NCBI RefSeq assembly: GCF_032062105.1
Contig: NW_026930103.1
Span: forward strand, 372,001-436,000
DNA: 64,000 bases
Direction of reading: 5' to 3'
Source: Saccostrea cucullata
Lineage: Eukaryota
In this document: piece by piece, positions 13,559 to 26,700 of the stretch
How positions within the stretch are numbered: the first letter of the stretch is position 1
How the letters are laid out: every line of letters starts with the position of its first letter
The notes under the pieces: model-generated
What the model was told of the DNA's origin: nothing
Databases searched by the model: none
Seen by the model: only the letters and a program-made list of their open reading frames with translations
Position numbers and translations under genes: made by a program

Positions 13559-16500
13559 TACATTCCATCCTGGTTAAAACTTTTAGTTCCTCATTTTGAC
13601 TAAAACAGTAAGGAGAGAAAAGGTATCATGGCTGATTGTTGATGAATAATTCAGAAGGTTGGGTACTTAAACCATAAAACACAGAATATCTCCATGTTAA
13701 TGGCTACAGCAGTTTTACCATGATCATAACATGTGTTGGCATACACTGAAATAGTTTACTACATAAATATGATAAAGGGAGATATTTTAGTACATTTGTA
13801 TAAGAATAATAGTACTGAACAATTTATTTTTGAAAACAGCTAAATTGACTCCAACTGGCCACCCCATGTCCCCAATACATGTATATTTGCAAGTTACTTA
13901 CATTTATCACAGAAGGTCACATTTGAAAAGAGATCCTTTCAAAGATTATTTACAAAGTTTAAAATTTCAACAATCCATTAAACAGCATAGATTTTAATCT
14001 ACTGTGTGATTTTTATTGATATTGCTGAGATCACTGATTGTAATAATACTTTTTCTGCTATAATTAAGGACCAAAGTTCTTGGAGCTTTAGAATATGCTG
14101 ACAAGCTCAGATTTCCTTTCATTGCTGTTACCCCATCCTGATGTTATTTCAGATTACCCAGCTAGCAGTAGTAGTCCTGTGTTTTACTTTATTAAAAAAG
14201 ATGTACACATAAAAAGGATATATTTGACCTCCTTTAAAGAAAAATGGCATGTTTTTCTTCAAGTGATCTTGACCTTAAAGGCCTAATTAAAAATAAAATA
14301 ATAAACCCTGGCAGTCATTTAAAAGGATTACTTAAATCATATTGGTGCTTCATGATGACGAAATACTTAAAGTACCATTTCAAAATGACTAAGAAACATG
14401 GACACAGATGGACAGACAGACAAAATTATATAATTTCTTCTCCTTTAATAGTGTGATATGGTTATGCATGTACAGTTTTTACCATTGCATATAAAAACTG
14501 CAATACAATAAAAATCTTAATAATGATATAATATATTGGTATTGGAAGTACTTGGAGATCGACACCTAAATTTTCAGTTCTTAATCGTGTAAATTTTGAG
14601 AGAAAATTAAATTGAAATGAGTTTTTCTTGACTTTAATAAAAAATATCAAAATATTTTATGCAAAGGTGAAGATATGACGCACTTGCAAGTGACATTTGT
14701 AATACATGTACAATTATACCCGATTAAATTCTTTTTGCGATAAGTTCTAGAAATGTAAACAAAGGTAGACCTACAAATTAAAGAAATATAGAGTGATAAC
14801 TGACTTAATATGGCATAAGTAAATATAAACATTGACTGAAGATATATCAGACCCTTAGGTTTATCTAACCATCAAATTCTGATCACAAACAAAATATATA
14901 CATGGGGTCTAAACTATCTTTTACAGCCAATGAGTGAGATATCTTTGGTGATATCAAAAAAAGAAGAGCACTTGACACATAAAAACAGCACGTTTTGCAC
15001 CTTGTACAGACTTTAGGAGGAAGAATTATAGGATTAGACTTTTAAAGAGCAGTAGTAAAGGGGGTATCAGTTAACCATGGCTCTAAAACTAGAAACTTAC
15101 ACACAGGTATATAAATATATAATCAAGGATTAGGGATTATTAGGTGACCAATTGTATTTAATGTCCATGGTTATGTGAATGACTAAAGGGAAGAGATGAG
15201 GTAACCTAAGACTTTATTTAACTCCCACTGAAAATTTTTATATTTCTCTGGTGACCTTATAGATATTAAAATCCATGGTAATATATTTATATCATTCATA
15301 AATCTTTAAAGCCCTGGAGAGAAGAATCTTTTTGGATTGTGTAAATAAAAGTACTAAGCTTTATGATATCAAACTTGAAGTTTTGGCATTTAAAGAGAGA
15401 AAAGCTAGCTGCAGCACAGTTGGTATAATATTTTGAAAAAAATAAAATAGCAGTCCTTTTTAAATGGCTGGAGTAAAATTTTTAAAACATATACATATAA
15501 CATCTAATTCAATACATTTTCCATTGATTCATTTTTTTAAAGAAAGTTTGTTTTTGAAGGTGGATGAATGCCAACAAGTCAGACAGACTTCTTTCATAAT
15601 TTTTATTGAACATACATGTACTTATAAGTTTTAATTTATCCATGTAGTAAGTTATCATAAAAAAGAAACTTTATTTTCATTTTTCAGGAAAAATTGGACT
15701 GCACTTTAAAAGTACAGTATAAAAGTAAAATTGTCTATATTCATGCATATTTAGCAATGTTTTGAAGGCAAAAGTTCAATAATATATACTTTAGAAAAAT
15801 ACATCAGTACTTACATTTTTGCATAATGAATGAGAAATTTTATCAAGTGTGAAATTGCAGTCGACTTTCGAAAATCTCCTTATTACCAGATCAGGTAAGC
15901 TTTCACATGCATTTACTCCTCTACAGTTCAATATATATACATGAATTCAACAGTCGTATGATATCAAAACAATTTCTTTTACCAAAAAAAAAGCCTTCAG
16001 ATCTTGCTGAAAGAAAGATCCAATGGAGAAAGAAATATTATAGTTTCGTGAATATTTTCACAGAACTGCTGCTGCTATGTTTATGCTTTGAGCCAGTAAT
16101 GCGTAAAACCCCAGCTGATTTCGTCTACCTATACCCGTGACACAATAACACCTGATCCCAATGTCTAGAGACAACATGGCAGACTTCCAATGTCAATTTA
16201 TTTTATATAAACGTTTATGTGTGCGGAACCTTACATGGGCTTTTCTTTGAGCCCTGCCAGTTTTTCCTCAATTCGTACCTAGTAATGCCTAGATAATCTT
16301 CCAGCACATGTCCTATAGACAAATAAATAGTTCCCTTCCTTATTTATAGGCCCCCCACCAAGAGAAAGGGGTGACGCATTTTATAGTCAGCAATGGCCAA
16401 AATTTGTGGTCATGAAAAACTGCACATCAATTTCATCAGAGTATTTAGGTATGAAGAGTGTCCTCAATCTAAATTTCAACAATTTTCCTCGAAAAAAAAA

Positions 16501-19500
16501 AAATTGCCAAATTATATCTTATATCAATGTCTGGTCGCCAATTTTCATGCAAAATAGAGGAAAAACCCTAATTCAGTCATTGCCTTGATACTCTTATTTT
16601 AGTCTTGTAATTCGAATGTGTATCAGTGTGACACAATGTTGGAATTGACTTTCAGCACAGAATTAGTTGGTTACTTAAAAATCTTAAATGATATATTAAT
16701 GTTAATTTTATCTCATCAAATATCCGTGTTTTAATGTGCAATAAATAATAAACTAAGATGTCAAAAAATAGTTGTTGTTCCAATTCATAAGTGTTTTAAA
16801 AATTTAATGACATACTCAAAAATTAATATACTGCAAAATAATATACATGTATGTAAATTGATTTTCTTAAAATACTGGATAACAGCAGTCACTGACTTTG
16901 GCCTGGTTGAGGGTCAATTTCAGAGTAACCTAACCCCAGGACCATAACTTTACTAAATCTCTTGAGTTCAAGCTCTAACCTATTATAAGCCTCCTCCCTT
17001 AAAAGTAGAGTATCAAATTCATCCAACTTATTATGTCCCAGCCTTTTCAACCCCCCCCCCTCCCCGAACACATGAAATCTAGATTAAAACTGTCAAAGGA
17101 CACACATTTTAATTTTTTTTTAATATAATACTAGTTGGTGAAAAAAAGAATCTTGTTTACAAAACAATGGTATTAAAAATGTACTTCTGATCCTAAATAT
17201 TATTAAACTTATCAGTTCAAAGAATTATGAAACAGCAGGAGAAAGTTTGACATTAATTTACTTTTGTATCTATAAATCTTTAAACATTTGGCAAAAGTTC
17301 AACCCCCCTTGAACCCATATTACCCCCTTTGCACAATGTTGGGTTGCTATTGTTGCCGATTGATCTAAGATTGATGAGAGTGCGATTCTGGCCCTTTGCC
17401 AGCTGATCAGCTGTTTTTAACCTTGTGGATTTTTTTATGTGCCGGTACTAATATTTGTCCTACACAGACTGAAATCAATATGTTAACTGTGTAATTATCA
17501 ATTTTTAAATTGAACAAAATTTGAGTTTACATGAACATTAAGACAATACACTATATTACAAATAGCATTTAAAGAGAGAGATAAGATATTTTAAGTGAAA
17601 TTATTATCAACTCTTTCATAATTAATAAGCATGTCATGGCTGTGACTCAAATCCATCAAAAAAGACAATAGTGACATTGTGTCTGCTTAACCTTTGGAAA
17701 TGATGTTATTAACAATATCAAAACATTTTAATACCTGGTACAATTTTCTTAAATATGCATGTCATCATTTACCAAAATAATTACTAAAGTTGTTTTCTAG
17801 CTTAAGAATAGAAGTAGAAATTTAAAGAATAATCCTAACAAATGAATGAGCAAGAAACACACATGTACCTGAAATTTCAGCAGACTTGAAAATCACAATT
17901 ATTGAAAATAAGAACAGTTCATTGTATAATTCAAATTCTTTATATCTTGATCAGACTTCAATAATTCTTCCTGCACTACACATCATTGTTTCCTTCCAAC
18001 ACTAAGACCAGAAAAACATTCAACTGATCAAGCTTGCAAGTTCAGGATCAATTAAGCACCCTTTTTTGCCATTTTTGAATCATTTCAAAATTCCTACACT
18101 ACATCTGTACATAGAGAAAGTCTAAGCACAATATTTATGCTAATTGTTGAGCATTTCAAAATTCCAGGGCGAATTCAAAGAATACAGTATAATTTCTTAA
18201 ACAAAACTATGACTGGGTGAATTCAAAACGGGGCAAAATTGTTTGCGAGAGTGAAAGGGCGAAAATAACCCTGTATACAGTATTCCATATGATCTTGAAA
18301 ATAAATAATTAAATTTCTATAGGTTTCCACCTGATCAAGATCAACATGTATATATGTTACAAATGAAAAAAGCTTCCCAAATCACACATGGCCTTCCCAC
18401 ATAGATTTATTCTTTCAGACATGAACTTCTCTTCCTCCCTATCACTGAAATGGGAGGATGGTCAGGCAAATTCACTAAAAATGTGTCCATCTCTGGCACT
18501 TATTTATATGCCCTATGTCAATCCAGAACTATAATTAGTATTCATCATGTTTATTAAATTGGTATGGTCATGATCTGACTCTGCAAAGTGCATTAGGATT
18601 TAAAAAACTTTTTTTTTTCTACAAAAGCTATTATAATTTATAAATGGAGAAAACACCTTGAAGATCTATTTTCTCTAAAAAAAAAAAAATATACATGTAT
18701 TACCTTGCATTTTACAACTCTGATGACACGTTTCAGCAAATAATAAGAACACTTCTAAAATACAGCACTCCCCCTTCAGACTAATGCACTTGAGCACAAA
18801 AATACTACCTTGTAGATTAAATACACTGCAAGTGTTGACAGCCGTTATGTACATTTATCTATTTTCTTATCAATTGCTCTTTGCCACACTTATAAGGTTG
18901 GTTATATCTATCATCTAACAAAGGGACACCCCTTATCATAAATTGCTAATAATATTATCATCAGAGCATGTGCCTCATGTTTTCACCACGTTAATATTCT
19001 AATAATTTTTTTCCTAACCAATGTGTCATGAAATGGCCATTTAATAAAATTTAAATGGGTAATGTAGATTAAAATTACCCTAATTCATAAGACAATTCAT
19101 ACTGATTGCATAATAAGTACTGGAGAATAAGATTCCTAGAAAAAGCTTTACTTTCATAGCAGCTGGTCACATACCACCTTCTGAAAGATTTTTGGTTGTA
19201 TGTATCTCCAAAGAAATATCTTAGGAAATTGAGTAACTGTTGAACTTGTAATGAACCTCTTTCAGTTTTTTTAATGGTACCTGGCTCAAAATTCCCTTAT
19301 GGAAACAAGGTCACAAACAGCAAATGAAGTATATCTGAAATGGATTACCAGATGCAATATTATCTCATAAATCCTGAAAAGTATCAACAATTTGAATAGA
19401 GGCAGGGCAAAAACACAGACCCTTAGGTACACTAGAAGTAGGACCCAGTGCTGAAGAAGAGTAAGCATCTCCTATTGACTGGTCACATTTGCCACGATCC

Positions 19501-19907
19501 GTCGGTACTGTAGAGTTGCTAGTCCATAATCAAAATGGTTTACAAACAATATAACATGATATTGGTAGAAAACTTGTCAATCAAAATTCAACTAAACATT
19601 GAGATTGTGACTCTGAATAAAAACAACTTAAAAATAGACTATTGAGTATGGACAAGGTTAATGAATGCCCTGTTATATCAACTTATTTGTCAGGAGCCTG
19701 TCTTCGTATAAATTAAATGCTCTTACATATCGAATATGTTGAGTGACAACACTATATATATTCAGGTGAAAGTGGGATGTCATTACAAAATAAGAGCAAT
19801 AAACAAGGAAAATCTGAAGTCATCCTTTTTTTGTAACATTTTGTTCATTTTATGATGATATCTAGCTTTGACTAAATTTGTGTTACAAATACAATCCATC
19901 CCCAAAT

Positions 19908-20381
19908 TAGCAATGACAGGCATGCGCGAGTTAAGGCACTTTCCTATTCTGCTCCATGCTAAATAGGTCATGTTTATCAGTGAATTAACAGCTTAAATTT
20001 CTGTGCATACTTTAATTTCTTGATTCAGATTAAAAGTTAAAAGACCATTTAGGATAATACATACATCGATTCCTGACAAAAGTGCTTAAAAAAATGCATA
20101 ACACGAGATACTCGCACGGTTATATAGATAACAAAGACGTAATGTAGCAATGACAGGCATGCGCGAGTTAAGGCACTTTCCTATTCTGCTCCATGCTAAA
20201 TAGGTCATGTTTATCAGTGAATTAACAGCTTAAATTTCTGTGCATACTTTAATTTCTTGATTCAGATTAAAAGTTAAAAGACCATTTAGGATAATACATA
20301 CATCGATTCCTGACAAAAGTGCTTAAAAAAATGCATAACACGAGATACTCGCACGGTTATATAGATAACAAAGACGTAATG
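19908..20381. repeat. Apparently perfect 237-bp direct tandem duplication
   Basis: 19908-20144 equals 20145-20381 (TAGCAATGACAGGCATGCGCGAG...AAAGACGTAATG). Confidence 0.9.
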
Positions 20382-21343
20382 GCGGCCATTATGTGAGAAA
20401 ACCCTGATGTTATAAATAGGCATTATAATGCTTAAGCACGTGATATTAGACAGTCATATGAATGTTTTACGAAGGCTGAAAGATAGAGATTTCTAAAAAC
20501 ATCTTGGGTACGTAGATCAAGTCCCATAAATAGAAATTTAAAGCGAAAGTAGATGACATATCGTGTTCAACTTCGTTTCTTTCGTTAATTTGCCGTTTTG
20601 ACAATACTTTGACAGCAATAAACAGATGAAGAAATCATTTTTCTTTCATTTGGTATAAAGTTTCTTAAAATAAATCGTTGCGCATAGGTGCGCAATGAGC
20701 TTTAACCAGTTATGCTTGACAAAAACGTCGACATTTTTAACAGGGGCAGATAACTGAAATTCCCGCGCAACATCGGAAATATTCTGAGGAGGCATTATTT
20801 CTAAGTTGTATATTTGTCAATCAATGTCAATATCAAGCTGTTATATTCTTACAATGCTAAAAAAAGATAATAAAGTAAATAAAATGCATGATTTTAATGA
20901 ATCAGATCTATGAACTTTGATTAGTATCGCTGCATTCTGCAACTTTAGTTTAGGATACCATTTGCAGTAATTGGTGTAATGTATGGATAATTATAATTAT
21001 TATAATAGATCTATATGTTTTCATTTTTTTAAATTTATATATTTCTTTCAAACAATTTTCATAACAGAATAACAAGTGATTGAACAGATTAAGGGGACCT
21101 CGAGTTCATACTTGGAATTTCTTTTTCAGGAATTTTTTTTTTATCAGATTTATACACATGTACCAGTATATCGTACAGCTAGATTAGCATAATTTTAAAA
21201 TTTGAATTGCTCAAAATAAAAACAATGAATGTTAATACTTTTGAAGTGTTGTTTAAATATTAGATTCATATTTTAATCAAATTGTTTCAACAAAAAAGAA
21301 ATAAAAATATTCTAACAATATTATTTTGCAATATTTAATAATA

Positions 21344-22040
21344 CGGCACGTCGATTTACCCAAATGGACCCAAATGGAACCCAAATGGACCCAAATGGAA
21401 ACAAATGGACCCAAATGGAAACACAAATGGACCCAAATGGAAATCAAATTGACCCAAATGGAAATCAAATGGAATATTAAATATGTATTATCGTATTTTA
21501 TTACTTATTTAAAATGATTAAAATAAATGATCTTACAGTTAAAATTGAGTTTTAAATTAATAAATCATTTCTAACATTGTATTTTGAGACATGAAATTGA
21601 ATTATTTTTATATCATTTTATATGTACCGGCAAAATCAGGGGGGTGGTGGTTGGCCTCTCATCCCCCCCCCCCCCCTCCACTTTGTTCTGACTGACATGG
21701 ACACTCTTTACTCCAGTTTTGTATCCAATTATGTGCAAAAGTAATTACAAATGGGAAAAAATCGAATTTTGTTTTTTTAAATACAATATAAGAAAATAAT
21801 TATTAAAATGTTTTTCTTTTATTAAGTTCATTATTTGCAATATTTTAAATAAGTAAACATTTGAGAATACGATAATACACTGTATAGATATATTTTATAT
21901 TCCATTTGGGTCCATTCGATTTCCATTTGGGTCCATTTGAGTTTCCATTTGGGTCCATTTGGGTTCCATTTGGGTCCATTTGTTTCCATTTGGGTCCATT
22001 TGGGTTCCATTTGGGTCCATTTGGGTAAATCGACGCACCC
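21344..22040 (+). mobile_element. Foldback-like MITE, copy 1, with subterminal (GGACCCAAAT)-type arrays and 8-bp TSD TAATAATA
   Basis: Termini CGGCACGTCGATTTACCCAAATGG... and ...CCATTTGGGTAAATCGACGCACCC; TAATAATA at 21336-21343 and 22041-22048. Confidence 0.9.
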
Positions 22041-22971
22041 TAATAATACATTTTTATAACAATATATTTAAAGATATAATAATTTAAAATCCATGAGTAT
22101 GTAAATAAAATCTAAATAATATTCTTTGCTAATGTGTACTTCATTAAAAGTACTCATGTTCTATCTTACTAAGTGCCTGGTTTCCCTATTTGGTATAACA
22201 TATATAATTCCGAGGATCCTACAATTTATAAACTGAAAAATGATCTGGAATCAGGGGGCTTGAAAACAAAAGTTTAATAGATTTTGCATTTGATTCTCAG
22301 AGTAAAATCAGCAGTAAATGCTGTCATTATTTAAAATTGTTAAAAATGAATATAAATTTACATTTCTTCAAGCGTTATTATGATTTTTTTTACAACCGAA
22401 AAATTGGCAGAAAACACGAAATGCTACTGAATTTCAAATACTTGTATCTTTTTTGTACATTGACCAATCTGAACAACCTTTACACCATTGAAATCCTTGT
22501 AAACAGACCTTTCTTTTGATGTAAAGCAAGTGGGGTTTCAAAATTATTTTAAAAATTGCCTGTTATTGCTACCCAAATACACTTCATAAATAAAGATAAG
22601 TCAGCAAATTTCATACTTTACGAGGGGTAAAAATTGTAAAGGACAACTGTTGACACTCTACAGACATAAAAAATGTGACAACATGCTGGGGATGAATTAG
22701 CATATCAAAACACAACAGATCTAGTCTAAGCGCGCACTGTCGCAATATCTATAGGCTAGTTCAACATTCGAGAAATTCTTTCGGTAATTTCAACCCAGAT
22801 GTAAAAATATGATAGAATTATGAGCATATTTACCTGACAAGAACATAATGTATGTAATCAAGCCTTCCAAGTTTTTATTCCATTTAATTCACACTCTACT
22901 GTTTACATGATGTCATGACGCTGTTTCGTTGTCGGCCATTAGTCACGTGGATAAACACAGCTTTTAGGGAT

Positions 22972-23288
22972 GGGTGCGTCGATTTACCCAAATGGACCCA
23001 AATGGAACCCAAATGGACCCAAATGGACCCAAATGGAAATTGGACCCAAATGGAAATCTGAATGGACCCAAATGGAATATAAAATATATCTATACAGTGT
23101 ATTATCGTATTCTCAAATGTTTACTTATTTAAAATATTGCAAATAATGAACTTAATAAAAGAAAAACATTTTAATAATTATTTTCTTATATTGTATTTAA
23201 AAAAACAAAATTCGATTTTTTCCCATTTGTAATTACTTTTGCACATAATTGGATACAAAACTGGAGTAAAGAGTGTCCATGTCAGTAT

Positions 23289-23320
<32 letters not shown>

Positions 23321-23646
23321 ATGAGAGGCCAACCAACCCCCCTGATTTTGCCGGTACATATAAAATGATATAAAAATAATTCAATTTCATGTTCAAAATA
23401 CAATGTTAGAAATGATTTATTAATTTAAAACTCAATTTTAACTGTAAGATCATTTATTTTAATCATTTTAAATAAGTAATAAAATACGATAATACATATT
23501 TAATATTCCATTTGATTTCCATTTGGGTCAATTTGATTTCCATTTGGGTCCATTTGTGTTTCCATTTGGGTCCATTTGTTTCCATTTGGGTCCATTTGGG
23601 TTCCATTTGGGTCCATTTGGGTCCATTTGGGTAAATCGACGTGCCG
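22972..23646 (-). mobile_element. Foldback-like MITE, copy 2 (inverted relative to copy 1), 8-bp TSD TTAGGGAT
   Basis: Near-identical reverse complement of 21344-22040; TTAGGGAT at 22964-22971 and 23647-23654. Confidence 0.9.
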
Positions 23647-23718
23647 TTAGGGATCGGGATCGGAACTCAAAATATATTTTGTGCCCTTGGTTGGCGAACT
23701 GGCAACTGGGGCTCAAAA

Positions 23719-26700
23719 ATGACAACAGAATTTTATGAATCTCTGCCAACGTATGAGGAATTAACTGTTCCTGAATTGCATTTAACATGGCCTGAATTAA
23801 AAGCAGGGTCTTTATATTTTGGAAGATTTTGTGATAATCAATGCAAAGTAAGAATAACAAAATAACTCGAATTTTCTCAACACTGTACATTTTCACTCAG
23901 TTTGATTAGATGCAGATCTGCAGCTTGCTGCGGCCCGTTTTTTAAAAGAACTTACAACGAAGACCAAAATTTAATTTTGCTTATAACTTTCTAACTTACA
24001 TTTGAAAATGGTTTAAATATTTTTGTAAAAGCCTTTGTGACATGACCCGGCGAGTTTTCCTTTGAAGTCAAGCATACTGTAACTGCGATACAAAACACTT
24101 TTTGTGGGCGTTTCTTATGCAAATGAGCAGAAACTGTACTGTATCTGAAAAATATCAACGATACAGTACGGTTTATTTTTAGCGATGACGGAAAGCTTTA
24201 TCCGTATACAAACATACCAATGGTTCAATTCGCCATAGAACTGTTAGTATTTACTCAAAAATTGAGGTGAATTAAAAATAAAATTTTACAACGTAAAGAT
24301 ATTAATGTCGGATTCAAAAATTTTAGAAAGGAGGGAGTGGGGCAGTTCACAAATTATTATTTGAACCCCCCTCCCCCCCCCCAAAAAAAAACAAAAACGG
24401 AAAATCGTATTCCGTGGGGGTAGATTTATAATCAACCAACACCTATGTGCGTCATTTGGTTACTTGTTGATGAATTAAAAACCGTATGTATACAAGTTTA
24501 GAAAAAAAAAAAATTTAAGAAAGCGAAAGAGAAAAAAACCCAAAGGTGGGATGGGGGCACCAGTGAGTGTTGTATCCCCGTTTGGTTACTCTACATTTTA
24601 ATGAAAACGTGAAGTAAAATACACCCCCTCCCCCTTTCCTTTCATCTGCTTATTTCAATTTTGTATATGTTGACCGGTGGAGGACATTGTCGAGACATTT
24701 CTTCAGAATCTACGATCTCCCGAAGCATTTTTGTTTCAAAAATATTCCCACATGATTCTTATATATCAAAATGTTTTGCATTAAATCGTAGCTTAAACTG
24801 AAAAAAACATGTCATCAAAAGGTCAGCAAGAGCTGCATAGAGAAAAAAAACCCTGCGCAATTAAATCTAAATAAAGTTTTTGGAAAACAAATTAATTTAT
24901 GCATCTCTTAAATGATTTTAAAATGATAGATACCTGCACGTCCATCTCGCTCGGCATTTCAGTTGAAAATGTTTAAAATGGGATACTCAATCAACTTTCT
25001 GCAAAATCATTTGATTGGCTGGGAGGTATACACCCAAATACGCATGTAAATTAGTGAGGTCCTTAGAAAGGTCATGTCAAAGTCATTTAGAATACTCGTT
25101 TCACTGTATCAGAGATACAGGGCGGGGCATCGGCTCGAGCTATCGCTCTCGCCTCAAGCCCCGCCCTGTATCTCTGATACAGTAAGAAACTCGTACTCTA
25201 AATAATACAAGGTATACAGTACACGTAGAAATTTATTTTAAAAGTGTATAATATCAATAGCAATTTCAAACAGAATCATTAAATATGCCTTTTTACAATC
25301 TACTTAAGCTTTTTGTCTTAGTGGTAAGTTCTTTTGTAAAACGATCCCCTGGTCCTTAAAAATTGGATGGACGACCAGAGAGGTACAGTGCCATCTATTG
25401 TGAACACGTATCGTGCACAAAAAAGTGTGTATGAGCGAAGCAAATTTCAATTCTTCACATTCAATAAGTGGAAGAAAAATGTCCATTTATTTTTTTCTTT
25501 TTGCTGAGATCTCCAGGAAATATTCAAATGCTGAGTCAAGTTTGCTTAGCCTACCTGTTGATCTTCCCTCTGCTTTAGGCACTGAATCACATAAACTGAT
25601 AAAAATTGAAAATTTGGGTCTCCAGCTGCAGCTGTCTGGTTGAACTATTGGACAGACAGACCAGGGAGTTACAGATCCAAACATTGTAAAAACTTTCTTT
25701 GTATGCTGCATTTTTTTTGTTTCAGGCTTTAAATATTTTTTCCTAGTATTATATGGGTTTCCCATTTTTGTTGATTAATCATTATTTTTGATGATTTATA
25801 ATTATAATACAAGTAGTTCATATCATTTGAGGGAAATAAGCCTGTATGTTCATATGAAGGTAGATTAATTTTTCTGGATGTGCTACCTCAGATTTTCAGA
25901 ATTCTTAAAGAAAATATATTAATATAAATGAATTACATTTTTATCAAAGCCAAATTGTCCTCCAAAAGCACTTCATAACAAGTTATACTGTAGAAAGGTT
26001 TTACAAGTTATGTGATAAAAATACAAGTATATGAACTGTTAATTAATTTAACTGTAGTGCTAAATGATGTTCATTTATTGACCGACTGGCTATTTCGAGG
26101 GCAAACTGAAATAATTTAAGAGGCCAACTGTCTTAAGTGGCCAGTTTCCAAACTTCCCAAAGGCGGCCCCTTAAAACAGGTTGGACTGTATTGTTTACAC
26201 AAAAGAGTAACTGGATTGGTCTTATTGACAGCCTTTCCCTTTGTTAGGTTTTAAAAAAAACTAAATCCGACATCTTTTTGTGAAGCATGTTGAAAGTGTA
26301 GAGTCTTTGTCCTACAAAAAAAAAGTTTTCTGTGATTTCATGTTCCTTAGGCCATATAAAATTAATCTTTAGATTCTCATCCCCGCCCACCCCTCTCAAA
26401 ATGTCCCGCCCCGATGTTTTTTATTTTGATTTTTGGGTATTTTCATGTATTTTTATTCAGTAAGAATTTGGGTCAAAGTTTAAGAGTTATCTCCCGTCTG
26501 TATTAAAAGTCGCGTGTCGCTATTTAAAGCAAAAACGCCATGTGAAGAATGGAGAAAAATCGGCAATAAACAATAAAAGCAGTTTAAATGTGTAAGGAAA
26601 AGATAATTTGTCAGTATAGAGAAGGCAGAGAAGAAAAAATAGCATTAACAAATATAGATACCATCACTGGCAGGAGCAAGTATGTAGAGAGATTGTAACT

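Noticed and set aside
21344-23646. One composite transposon with 700-bp TIRs
   Set aside because: The outer flanks do not match each other; each copy has its own distinct 8-bp TSD.
21277-23896. Repetitive ORFs (KWTQME..., HLGPF..., PNGPKW...)
   Set aside because: Translations of the 10-11-nt subterminal repeats of the MITE; only 23719-23847 is real coding sequence (NDUFA8).
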